DNA from: Candidatus Latescibacterota bacterium | GTDB taxonomy: Bacteria > Latescibacterota > UBA2968 > UBA8231 | Length of the DNA stretch: 64,000 bases | Reading direction: 5' to 3' | NCBI GenBank assembly: GCA_965197905.1 | Contig: CBDAOB010000004.1 | Location: forward strand, 1,600,001 to 1,664,000 | In this document: in pieces, positions 9,396-18,180 of the stretch | How the letters are laid out: the number at the start of each line of letters is the position of its first letter | Position numbering within the stretch: position 1 is the stretch's first letter | The notes under the pieces: model-generated | Told to the model about the DNA's origin: nothing | The model's database searches: none | Seen by the model: only the letters and a program-made list of their open reading frames with translations | Made by a program: the position numbers and the translations under genes

Positions 9396-10610
9396 TCAGG
9401 GCCTAATGATGGTGCCATCCGCGCGGCGCGGGGGGTTGGTGTAACCCGGAGCCATCTCGTCCGGATCGAGCAGGGCTGCCGCTCTCTCTTCGTCGATATC
9501 TACGCCGAGCCCGGGCCGGTCGTTGGCATACAAGTACCCCCCTTCGAGGACCGGCGTCCCAGGAAACGCCTCCCGCTCTTCTGGTGTGAAATGGTTTTCC
9601 TCCTGGATGCCGAAGCTGTAGTTCACCAGATCAAGGTGCACCGCCGCCGCCTGGTTTACCGGATCGTTGTCGCCGCCTTGCTGCCAGGCCGTCTGCACGC
9701 CGTACCATTCGCATAGGGTGGCGATCTTGCGACACGGAGTGATGCCGCCGGTCTTGGAGACGCGGTTGCGCACGTAGTCGATGAGGCGCTCGGTGATAAG
9801 CGGCAAGTACTCGTGTGGGTTGACGAAATTCTCTCCCATAGCTTGGGGCGTCGTGCACTGCTCGCGGATGAGCCGGTACCAATGGACCTGCTCGGGCGCC
9901 AAGGCATCTTCCAAGAAGAACAATCGAAACGGTTCCAGTCTCTTCGCCAGAGCGACTGCGTTTTGTGGCCGCAGATGCTCGTGCACATCGTGGCAAAGCT
10001 TTGGCCCGAATCCGAGATTCTGGCGCAGGAATTCGAACAGATCCGTGATGGTTTCCAAATAGACCTCGTCGTCGAAGGCATCGCCTTCTACCCACGAATT
10101 CTTTGGACCGTGTGTTTTAGCCGGCACGTACCCACCTCCCCCGTAGCCGTCGCCGATTTGGCAACGGATGACCGGGAAACCCTCTTCGAGGTATTTCTCG
10201 GTCTCTTCTAGCAACGAGCCAAAGTCGTGACCTTCGGCATGGGCGTAGCAGGGGACCGCGCTGCGGCAAGCCCCTCCCAACAGCCTGTAGAGCGGCAGGC
10301 CGGCCTCCTTGCCCTTGATGTCCCACAGCGCCATATCCATTCCAGACATGACCGTGTTCATGAGGGCACCGTTGCGCCATCCGGCCGCGGTATAGGTGGT
10401 CTGCCAGATGTCTTCGATGCGACTGGCATCTCGCCCTACAAGGAGCGGCGCTAGCCATTCATCTATGGCCGCTTTGACGATCGGGGTCTGGTAATAATCG
10501 CTGGCCGAACCGATTCCGTAGAGGCCGGGTTGGTCGGTGATGATCTTGACGATCAACCAATGACCGCAGCTTCGTGTGCGGATCGCCCGAACCTCTTTTA
10601 TCTCCGCCAT
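9396..10610 (-). CDS. Mandelate racemase/enolase superfamily acid-sugar dehydratase (ManD/RspA-like)
   Basis: DMALWDIKGK, HDVHE, FFLED, AMGE, GGITP, PGLGVDIDE; start placed at MAEIKEV after a GAGAGGTGG RBS. Confidence 0.88.
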   Translation of the reverse strand: MAEIKEVRAIRTRSCGHWLIVKIITDQPGLYGIGSASDYYQTPIVKAAIDEWLAPLLVGRDASRIEDIWQTTYTAAGWRNGALMNTVMSGMDMALWDIKGKEAGLPLYRLLGGACRSAVPCYAHAEGHDFGSLLEETEKYLEEGFPVIRCQIGDGYGGGGYVPAKTHGPKNSWVEGDAFDDEVYLETITDLFEFLRQNLGFGPKLCHDVHEHLRPQNAVALAKRLEPFRLFFLEDALAPEQVHWYRLIREQCTTPQAMGENFVNPHEYLPLITERLIDYVRNRVSKTGGITPCRKIATLCEWYGVQTAWQQGGDNDPVNQAAAVHLDLVNYSFGIQEENHFTPEEREAFPGTPVLEGGYLYANDRPGLGVDIDEERAAALLDPDEMAPGYTNPPRRADGTIIRP

Positions 10611-10788
10611 TCCACCTCTCTCCTTGGTGCTTGGCACCGTGCGGACGAGAGTATAGCGCTCCGTCAGGCGGCACACAATACAGAGAGAGCAGAAGGACTA
10701 GTTGGGTGTAACGGAGATCAGGTCGCGTCGGAACGCGGTGGAAGAACGCAGTCAGGGTGTGGCGAGAGCGCGCCGTCGGGCGAAGGTC

Positions 10789-11058
10789 TCAACCAGCCGC
10801 TTCGGCCAGATGCAGTTCGGCTTCGACGCCCGTGGCCTCTTCGTCCATGAGGCGCTTGAGCTCCCGCTGATACATGCGGAAGTGTAAATCACAGATACTG
10901 TGGGTGTAGTTGGCATACTCGTGCCGCTTGTCGTGTTCGATCCAACGGTCGTCTTCCCAATAGTAGAGGCGGTGCATCCTACAGTTGGGCTCCCAGCAGA
11001 CCGTAATCATGTCGCCAGTGGAGTAGGCTTCATCGAGTTCTATGCGAGGAGAGCGCAT
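10789..11058 (-). CDS. Small hypothetical protein, possibly Zn-binding
   Basis: 89 aa, CWEPNC...THSICDLH, AAGG RBS-like sequence upstream. Confidence 0.6.
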   Translation of the reverse strand: MRSPRIELDEAYSTGDMITVCWEPNCRMHRLYYWEDDRWIEHDKRHEYANYTHSICDLHFRMYQRELKRLMDEEATGVEAELHLAEAAG

Positions 11059-11232
11059 GATCCGACACCTTTCCTATGGGCACTGCGTATTACGTACCAC
11101 CAACCGTTCTGCAGTCTTTATCGGTATATCCGCAAATTTCTTTAGTCGCGAGATTCCAGGCAGTGCGGACGGGAAGAGCCCCTGGTTGGCGGAGGTTATT
11201 CGGGCGCATCGGGAGACCGAGCCCTGTGAAAC

Positions 11233-11262
11233 AAAAAACCCACGAGCTTGGGGGCTCGTGGG
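11233..11262 (-). terminator. Rho-independent terminator after the MORN-repeat gene pair
   Basis: 9-bp stem CCCACGAGC/GCTCGTGGG followed on the minus strand by T6. Confidence 0.75.
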
Positions 11263-11297
11263 CGTGAACAAAGATTGGGCGGGGCTATGGAGCGGCG

Positions 11298-12110
11298 TTA
11301 TCCGGGTGAGCAGGCTGTGGGATTCTGGACACAGTCGGCCTCCTCGATGCGGCGTCCATCCTGCCAGATCTCTTGCCGCGTTTTATGGCCATGCTCATCC
11401 CACCAACTCCACACTCCGCGTTCGATGCCGTTCCAGTAGGTGCGTTCATACTGCATGGTGCCATCCTCACGATACCACGCCCAGGCTCCGTCCCATTTGC
11501 CCTTGCGGAAGTTGCCCTCTTCTTTTTTTTGCCCGTTTTCGTAGTACCAGATCCACAGCCCAACCTCGAGGCCCTCCCTGTAGGCCCCTTCCCGCTCCTT
11601 GTTACCGTTTTCGAAATAATAGATGGAGAAATCACCAGCGGTGGCGAAGTGGGTCTCGCTGCGCATGGTGCCGTCAGCATAGTAGGTATTCTGCTGCAGC
11701 ATCGCCCCGGATTCCCAGACCTCGAAACTTATCATAAGATCGCCGGTTTCGTCGTAGTACCTCCAATCGCCGGTCTTCTGGTTGCGGAGAAACGCACCCG
11801 CTTCGCGCTGGTTGCCGTCGGCCCAGAAACTGCGATAGAACCCGTGCATGATGCGCCGGGATCCATCGAGGTAGTACTGGTACTCCTCGACCACGATGCC
11901 ATCGTCGTTTGACCGTGCGAACAGTTCGATCGGTCCAGCGGGCTGTTCGGGCCGGGCCCCCTCGGGCACGCTGACGCCGCCATCCTCGATCCCGCTGCTC
12001 GGTCCCAGAGGGGTGGTTCCTTCCTCTGACCCGCATGCAATAAGAACTAATCCGCAGAAAAGAACACAGGTCCATTTCATGATCCGAACCTCCGCTGGGA
12101 ACATTTTCAT
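11298..12110 (-). CDS. MORN-variant repeat (YwqK-like) lipoprotein, paralog 2
   Basis: Lipobox LIAC; repeats YYENGQKKEEG / W.WY.E.G; true start may be MKWTCV, a few codons in. Confidence 0.85.
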   Translation of the reverse strand: MKMFPAEVRIMKWTCVLFCGLVLIACGSEEGTTPLGPSSGIEDGGVSVPEGARPEQPAGPIELFARSNDDGIVVEEYQYYLDGSRRIMHGFYRSFWADGNQREAGAFLRNQKTGDWRYYDETGDLMISFEVWESGAMLQQNTYYADGTMRSETHFATAGDFSIYYFENGNKEREGAYREGLEVGLWIWYYENGQKKEEGNFRKGKWDGAWAWYREDGTMQYERTYWNGIERGVWSWWDEHGHKTRQEIWQDGRRIEEADCVQNPTACSPG

Positions 12111-12922
12111 CCGTGGATTCCGGTAAACTCGCGGTACTTTTCGACCTCGCTACAGGCCTCGGGATAATGGGCACATTCGAACTGCTCGATGCGGCGGCCG
12201 TTCTCCCAAACCTCTTGCTTGACCTTGTTCCCCTCTTCGTCCCACCAACTCCACACTCCACGCTCAATGCCGTTTGCGTACACCCTCTGATACTGCATGG
12301 TGCCGTTCTCTCGATACCATGCCCAGACACCGTCCCACTTCCCGTCGACGAAGGTCCCTTCCTCTTTGATGTTTCCGTTTTCGTAGTACCAGGTCCACAA
12401 GCCGATTTCGAATCCGTTCTTGTAAGCGCCTTCACGTTCTTTGTTGCCGTTCTCGTAGAAGTAGGTGGTCACATCACCGAGCTCGGTGAAGGCGGTCTCG
12501 CTGCGCATGTTGCCGTTGGGATAGTAGGTCATTTGCTCCTGGAGAGCGCCTCCGTCCCAAACCTCGGCGCTGATCACACCTTCGCCGGTTTCGTCGTAGT
12601 AGGTCCACATATGTGTCTTGGCGCCGTGGGTAAATGCGCCCGTCTCGCGGCGGTTGCCATCGTCCCAGTAGCGGCGATAATCCCCGTGCATTATGCGCTC
12701 GGCGCCGGACAGGTAGTATTGGTACTGCTCCACCACCAATCCCGCGGCATTCGACCGGCTAAACTGTTCGATGGGGCCTGCAGGCTGTTCGGGTTGGGCG
12801 CTTTCAGGTATTGCGACATCCCCGGCTTCGACACCGCTGCCCGGTCCCAGAGGAGAGCCGTCTTCAGACGAACTGCAGCCAAACAGAATCAGACTCGAAA
12901 GTAGGTAGTTGCGTATTCTCAT
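12107..12922 (-). CDS. MORN-variant repeat (YwqK-like) lipoprotein, paralog 1
   Basis: Lipobox LFGC; repeats YYENGNIKEEG; GAGGTGG RBS. Confidence 0.88.
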   Translation of the reverse strand: MRIRNYLLSSLILFGCSSSEDGSPLGPGSGVEAGDVAIPESAQPEQPAGPIEQFSRSNAAGLVVEQYQYYLSGAERIMHGDYRRYWDDGNRRETGAFTHGAKTHMWTYYDETGEGVISAEVWDGGALQEQMTYYPNGNMRSETAFTELGDVTTYFYENGNKEREGAYKNGFEIGLWTWYYENGNIKEEGTFVDGKWDGVWAWYRENGTMQYQRVYANGIERGVWSWWDEEGNKVKQEVWENGRRIEQFECAHYPEACSEVEKYREFTGIHG

Positions 12923-13032
12923 AACCCCACCTCGTGAAAGGAGATAACCCGAATCCTAGAAAGGTGAAAAGCCGGAGGCAGATAGTCAAGAAAAAACTGC
13001 GTGCGCATACCTGGTCGGGGATCGGGGTCCGC

Positions 13033-13843
13033 TTAAGGCATCCGTGAATTCAGGCGTTTGATAGCACTTATTTTCGGATCGGCGAAGCCGTAGTCCAGCA
13101 GCAGCGGATGGGGCCATAGGCTTGACCCGAGATAGCTCGATAAATCAAAAGTCCGGTCGTAGATCAGAATCACCAACGGAGCGGTGACCATGACCTCTTT
13201 GCTCGCGTGTGGCTCCCGGGCACGCTCGGGGTCTGGCGTTGGCCGCCGCCGCCATTCAACAGCGAGACGATCAACTACGTGGCTCAGCTGGGTCTGATTC
13301 AACGCGTAGGTGTAGGCAGTCACCCCATGGCCGAATCCGACCGTATCTCCGTGCGCATCAACGGTTAGCAGCCCAATCAGGAGGAGCCAGGAGGAAAACA
13401 GACCGACATAAAGTACCCTATGTCGCGTGATGGCCTCCACGGAACAGTAGAGCGTCAACAGGTAGAAAAGACTCATCACCGATTCGGTCGCCGCTTCGAT
13501 GCCCCATTTTCAGAACGCGTTGCGGTTGAACCCCAACTACACCGATGCCAGTGAAACTGGCGAGAAGGTGGACGCCGATGTTGGCGAGACGAAATCCCGC
13601 CGGGTCGGGACCACCCAAAGCGTAGTTGAGCGCCAGACTGAGCCGAATCAGAGGGCGACTGCTGAGCGGGAGTTCGGGGCCGAGGGTCCACCCGCTCGGA
13701 GGCCAAAGCTGACGTAGAGACAGGTTGTCGAGGATCAGGATTTGATCGTCGAACACAAACGGATTGTGGACGCTGTTGGCGTACACCAGGGCGCACAGCA
13801 GGGTCAGCCAGAGGGCGTCGGCCCGCAGGAGAACGGAGAGCAT
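13033..13843 (-). pseudogene. Scrambled fragments of a TMTC-like (GT-C membrane domain plus TPR) protein
   Basis: VYANS..PFVFDD, RPL..LSLALNY, SKEVMVTAP, LWPHPLLLDYG segments out of the usual order, plus an inverted TPR fragment at about 13499-13550. Confidence 0.6.
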
Positions 13844-13939
13844 TGCCCGCGATCGGCGCTACCCGCCGAACGATCCTATAGAGCGCAGCCAGTGCGCGCT
13901 GCTCCGCGCCGCCTCGTCGGGTCCGCGCAGCCCGAGATC

Positions 13940-14468
13940 GAGATTCGCGGGCTCGTAGATGATGCCGAAGTTGGGACGCCCCACGCGGGTCAGCACGTCC
14001 AGGGAATGGGACGCCCCACGCGTCGACGCGCTCGAACAGACTGGCCGTGTGGCACTGATGGGCAAGCCGAATACCGCGCTCGTTGGCTTCGTCTGCTGCT
14101 CGTTGCGCCCACTGTATGTCCTCCTCGGTTTTCATGGCGATCCGCATGAGGTCGCAGTGCAGCGCGGCCGCCAGATCCAGGTAAGGGGCGATATTGCGCA
14201 GCGCTTGAGGGCCGTCGTCGGTGTTCTCCGGGATCGGAAAATCGCCGGTGACCATCGAAACCTCCAGTCCGCGCTGCACCAGGAGCTGGTACTGCTCATG
14301 AACCTGATCGATGGGCGTTTGGGTGCCCAGCTGCGAAGCGCGCATGTACAGGGCGGAGTACCCCGCGGATGCGGCGAGATCGGCGAGCTCCACCAGACCC
14401 AGGTCTGCTTGGCGTTTGTCGCGGAACTTCTCCACGATACGAGCGGAAACGGAGAGTTTCATAGACAT
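13940..14468 (-). pseudogene. Sugar phosphate isomerase/epimerase (AP endonuclease 2 TIM barrel), frameshifted and truncated
   Basis: MKLSVSARI..., MRASQ, LAHQCHTASLFE, then in another frame VGRPNFGIIYEPANL; C-terminus replaced by the TMTC fragment. Confidence 0.65.
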
Positions 14469-14472
14469 CTGC

Positions 14473-15498
14473 TTATTCCTCTTGCTGTAACCAGTTGATG
14501 ATCGCCTCTCTTTCGGCGATCCCCTTGTACCGAAGCGATTCGACCGACATGCTGCGCAGCGCGGCACAGAGCTTTTCGCGGCGCCACCGATCCCGTCGCA
14601 TCGGCCCGACGTCCGAAAGGTAGGTGCGTATGGCGAACAGCGCGGCGTGGTCTTGTGGAACCCCCCAGATCACCTGCCGCTCTACCCGCAGGAACAGACG
14701 CGGGTCAGCGGGATCGAAGCGGCGGCTTTGCCAGGCCGCCCGCTCACCGGAAGGCAGGGAATCTGGCGGTTCGGGGTGATGGTTGAGGCGGCTGTCGGTG
14801 CTCAACCCCCAGACGAAACGCACATACGGACTATGGTCGATCATCGCGTCGACGATTTCGTGCGCGTTGCGGTTGGTTCGTTCCATGCCCGGCACCGGTC
14901 GGTGCACGGTGGCGAAGTCCCTGCCGATCTTCGCTTCGGCGGCCCAATGGCCGGGAAAGCACAGGTGCAACGCGGCCAGCCAGTTTTCGCCGGCCAAGCG
15001 GCAGACTACGGCGAGATCTTCCTGCAGTTGGCAGGCCAGCGCATCCAGGGCCGAGACATACGCAGGACCCCGCTCGGGCCGAGTCGACTCGCCCGTCAGT
15101 TGCCACTCGTCATCGAACCGTAGCCGTTCGCCGCTGAGACGACAGTGCAACATATGCCCGTCGCCCGCCGTATTCAAGACAAACACTTGCGGATGTTCCG
15201 TTGCCAGTCGCGCGGCGATAAATGCCGCCAGCGTCCGTGCCAGCAAACTGGAATAACGATCGACCTGGTAGTATTTGCCGAGGCGCTCCTCCCGCGCAAT
15301 CAGCTTGGCTTTTCGGTAGGAGGCGTAATAGTCATCGATTTGAAACAGCTGTCGGTCGGCAGCACCGTTTCCGAGGTCGGTGCCAAAGGCGATCAGTCCC
15401 GGCTTGACGTCGTAGACGCCTTTGGATAGCGGGAAATACTGCGCCTGATCCCGACCGGCGGAAGGTTGGAGTTCCTCAACCAATTGTTCTGTGCCCAT
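14473..15498 (-). CDS. DUF3445 / heme-dependent oxidative N-demethylase alpha-subunit family protein
   Basis: LQEDL, LCFPGHW...KIG, VHRPVP, RFVWG, LRVERQ, LFAIRTY. Confidence 0.82.
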   Translation of the reverse strand: MGTEQLVEELQPSAGRDQAQYFPLSKGVYDVKPGLIAFGTDLGNGAADRQLFQIDDYYASYRKAKLIAREERLGKYYQVDRYSSLLARTLAAFIAARLATEHPQVFVLNTAGDGHMLHCRLSGERLRFDDEWQLTGESTRPERGPAYVSALDALACQLQEDLAVVCRLAGENWLAALHLCFPGHWAAEAKIGRDFATVHRPVPGMERTNRNAHEIVDAMIDHSPYVRFVWGLSTDSRLNHHPEPPDSLPSGERAAWQSRRFDPADPRLFLRVERQVIWGVPQDHAALFAIRTYLSDVGPMRRDRWRREKLCAALRSMSVESLRYKGIAEREAIINWLQQEE

Positions 15499-15529
15499 CG
15501 TCGCAAAGATAATCGACGGGAGTACCGTC

Positions 15530-16591
15530 TCAACAATCCGCGGGCATATCCAGGGGTCGGTAGACGAGCTCGTAGTGGTTGCCGCCAAGACGACAGATCG
15601 ACATCAATTCGTCAAAACAGATCTCTTGCTCCTGCCGAGTGACCACCGGAAAGCCGTACTGTTTGCAGGTGTATTTGCGGGCCTCATCGGGCCATCTGCG
15701 CGTTGACACGAACGTCCGATGGCGCTCGAGCCGCTCGTGAAGATGTCGATTGGCGTACTCCACCACAGACTCGGTCATCGCCTTGATCTGCGCGGCCAGA
15801 CCCTCGTCGACCTCGAAACCTATACTGTTTCTGCCGGAGGCCATGGCCGCGGCGGTCGTTGTTCCGGTTCCGAGGAACGGATCGAGGATCCAGTCTCCGC
15901 GCACCGAAAACATGTTAACCAACCGGTAAGCCAGCTCGAACGGATAGGCGGCACTGCGGGTTCGCGACCTCGATTCACCAAGCTCTTGGCCGATCCCCTT
16001 GACGTCCATCCACACGTCGGAAAACCAGATATTGCGTTCCTCCCAGAATAGGGCACTCTGCCGCCGGATCTGCCTCTGCTCTTCATTGAGAAATTCTCGC
16101 TTCGAACCCTTTCTAAACACCAGAATGAATTCGTGCTCGAGAGTCACGTAAGCACCTGCCGGCAGCATGCCCGAACCCATGAACTTGGTCGGTGCGTTAG
16201 TCTGCTTGCGCCACAGGATCTCGGGAAGGGCGTTGAATCCAACCGCTCCCATTTGCTGCATGATGCGCGCGTGGTTTGGGTACAAACAGAAATCCCGCGC
16301 CAGGGTACGGGTGGCATCTCCCACATTGATACATGCGATGCCGCCGGGCTTGAGAATCCGGTGAAGCTGTTTCCAGACCTTGTCGAGCTCCGCGTGCATG
16401 AGCTCGAATGCGCGCGTTCCATCCGCCCGCTCGAGCGCGCTCGAAATCTCGGGATTGAGGCCGGCGAAGAGCGCGTCCCACATCTCGATCATCGGATACG
16501 GAGGCGATGTGACCACCAGGTCGATGCATTCCGGCTCCAGATCTACGAGGCCGGCTGCAGCGGTGAACCGTATAGTATGTTGGGTCTTCAC
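15530..16591 (-). CDS. Site-specific DNA methyltransferase (N4-C/N6-A, beta class)
   Basis: Catalytic VTSPPY precedes SAM-binding LDPFLGTGTT. Confidence 0.9.
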   Translation of the reverse strand: MKTQHTIRFTAAAGLVDLEPECIDLVVTSPPYPMIEMWDALFAGLNPEISSALERADGTRAFELMHAELDKVWKQLHRILKPGGIACINVGDATRTLARDFCLYPNHARIMQQMGAVGFNALPEILWRKQTNAPTKFMGSGMLPAGAYVTLEHEFILVFRKGSKREFLNEEQRQIRRQSALFWEERNIWFSDVWMDVKGIGQELGESRSRTRSAAYPFELAYRLVNMFSVRGDWILDPFLGTGTTTAAAMASGRNSIGFEVDEGLAAQIKAMTESVVEYANRHLHERLERHRTFVSTRRWPDEARKYTCKQYGFPVVTRQEQEICFDELMSICRLGGNHYELVYRPLDMPADC

Positions 16592-16603
16592 CTTGGGTAC
16601 GAC

Positions 16604-17497
16604 TCAGATGCGCCGATTGACCACCACCGCGCCCGTCGCGACCATGGCCACACTGGCGAGGATCTTCCAGGAAATCTCTTCCCCGAGAATCAAGTTGCTC
16701 AGCAGCACTCCCGACAACGGCGTGATGAAGCCGAAGACCCCTACCCGACTGGCGCTGTGTCGCTGCAACAGGAAGATCCACAGGATAAAACAAACCCCCG
16801 CAACGATGAATCCTTGGTACAGCACGGCAGCCACCGCATTGGTGGTCAGCGCGAATCGCGCCTCCCGTTCAACCGCGAAGCTGAGGACCGCGAACACCGG
16901 CAGGCTCATGGTTGCCTGCCAGAACAAGACCTGGTACGGATGCAGATCGTGCACGAGCCGCTTGAGGATAATGGTTCGCACCCCCAGCAGAACGGCGCTC
17001 AGCAGTACCAAGAGATCCCCGAACAAGGTGGCGGTACCCTGAAGATCGAGATCGTCGAAAAATAGAAGCACCACTCCGCCGAACGCCATGGTCAGACCTA
17101 GCGCCGTAGACAGCGTGAGCAGATCGCGAACGAACAAGTGGGCGAAAACGGCCGTGAACAGGGGATACGAGTTCATGAGCACCGTCGAGCGACTCGCGGT
17201 GGTATAATCGGTGCCGTAATTCAATAGCAGAATCTGCGCTACAAAGATAACAAGCAGTCCGCACAACCCTTTCCATTCCGAGCGTGGCACCCGGGGCGAA
17301 ACGCCACTCACCCACAACGCCACCAGAACCACCAGCGCGCCAATGACGAAGCGGGCGCCGGCCATAGCCACGGGTGGCATGTCCTGCAGGCCGAGTTTGA
17401 TGAAAACGGAATTGCCGCCCCAAAGAAAGGTGGCCAGGGTGGCCAGGGCGGCGGCTTTGAGCTCGATGCGCTCGTTGCTGAGTTCGACAGCGGGCAA
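16604..17497 (-). CDS. DMT/EamA family transporter
   Basis: About 10 TM helices, LWGGN..IK start, duplicated EamA halves. Confidence 0.9.
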   Translation of the reverse strand: MPAVELSNERIELKAAALATLATFLWGGNSVFIKLGLQDMPPVAMAGARFVIGALVVLVALWVSGVSPRVPRSEWKGLCGLLVIFVAQILLLNYGTDYTTASRSTVLMNSYPLFTAVFAHLFVRDLLTLSTALGLTMAFGGVVLLFFDDLDLQGTATLFGDLLVLLSAVLLGVRTIILKRLVHDLHPYQVLFWQATMSLPVFAVLSFAVEREARFALTTNAVAAVLYQGFIVAGVCFILWIFLLQRHSASRVGVFGFITPLSGVLLSNLILGEEISWKILASVAMVATGAVVVNRRI

Positions 17498-17507
17498 GGT
17501 CGGCTGT

Positions 17508-18038
17508 CTACCGAATTACCCGCGCGCTCACTATGTAGTCTAGATCGGGGAACTCTTCGTGCAGGTAAGCATTGCCTTGAAACTGGATGCGACCCTGGTC
17601 GGGCTTCTGTTCATGTTTGCTGTTGATGCCGTCCACCACCTCCATCCCTTTGGTGATTTCGCCGAACGTGGCGAATCCCATGCCGTCGAGGTGGACGTTG
17701 TCGTTGAAATTGATGAACACCTGGGTGGTGCGACTATGAGGCTGATTGGACTTGGCGAAGGCGATCGTGCCGCGCTTGTTGGTCGCTTTGACCGGGTCGT
17801 CCTTAATGTTCGCGTCGCGCCACTTGGCGGAGATCTCCGGGTCGCCGTGAATCCCGAACTGCACCACGAAGCGGGGTACCACACGAAAGAAACGTTGCTC
17901 ATCAAAGAATCCGTTCATCACCAGGTTATAGAAGCGGTCGACGCCGATGGGCGCATCGCCGCGGGTGACCGACAGGCTGAACTCGCCGGCGCTGGTGGCG
18001 AATTTGACGGCAAACTCATCCGGAGCTTGCTGATTCAT
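17508..18038 (-). CDS. Cyclophilin-type peptidyl-prolyl cis-trans isomerase
   Basis: FFRVVPRFVVQFG, GTIAFA, RTTQVFIN. Confidence 0.93.
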   Translation of the reverse strand: MNQQAPDEFAVKFATSAGEFSLSVTRGDAPIGVDRFYNLVMNGFFDEQRFFRVVPRFVVQFGIHGDPEISAKWRDANIKDDPVKATNKRGTIAFAKSNQPHSRTTQVFINFNDNVHLDGMGFATFGEITKGMEVVDGINSKHEQKPDQGRIQFQGNAYLHEEFPDLDYIVSARVIR

Positions 18039-18180
18039 TTCGCTGTTTTTTGGGTGTCAATAGGCCTTCCCGGTTGAACCCTCCCCTTTCCCGTTCACCA
18101 CACCCGGAAAGAAACGGCAGTGCGCACACTAAGAGCGCGCAGAGTGTCGTCATGCGGAATTCTTGCTCCTTTAGTGATGT

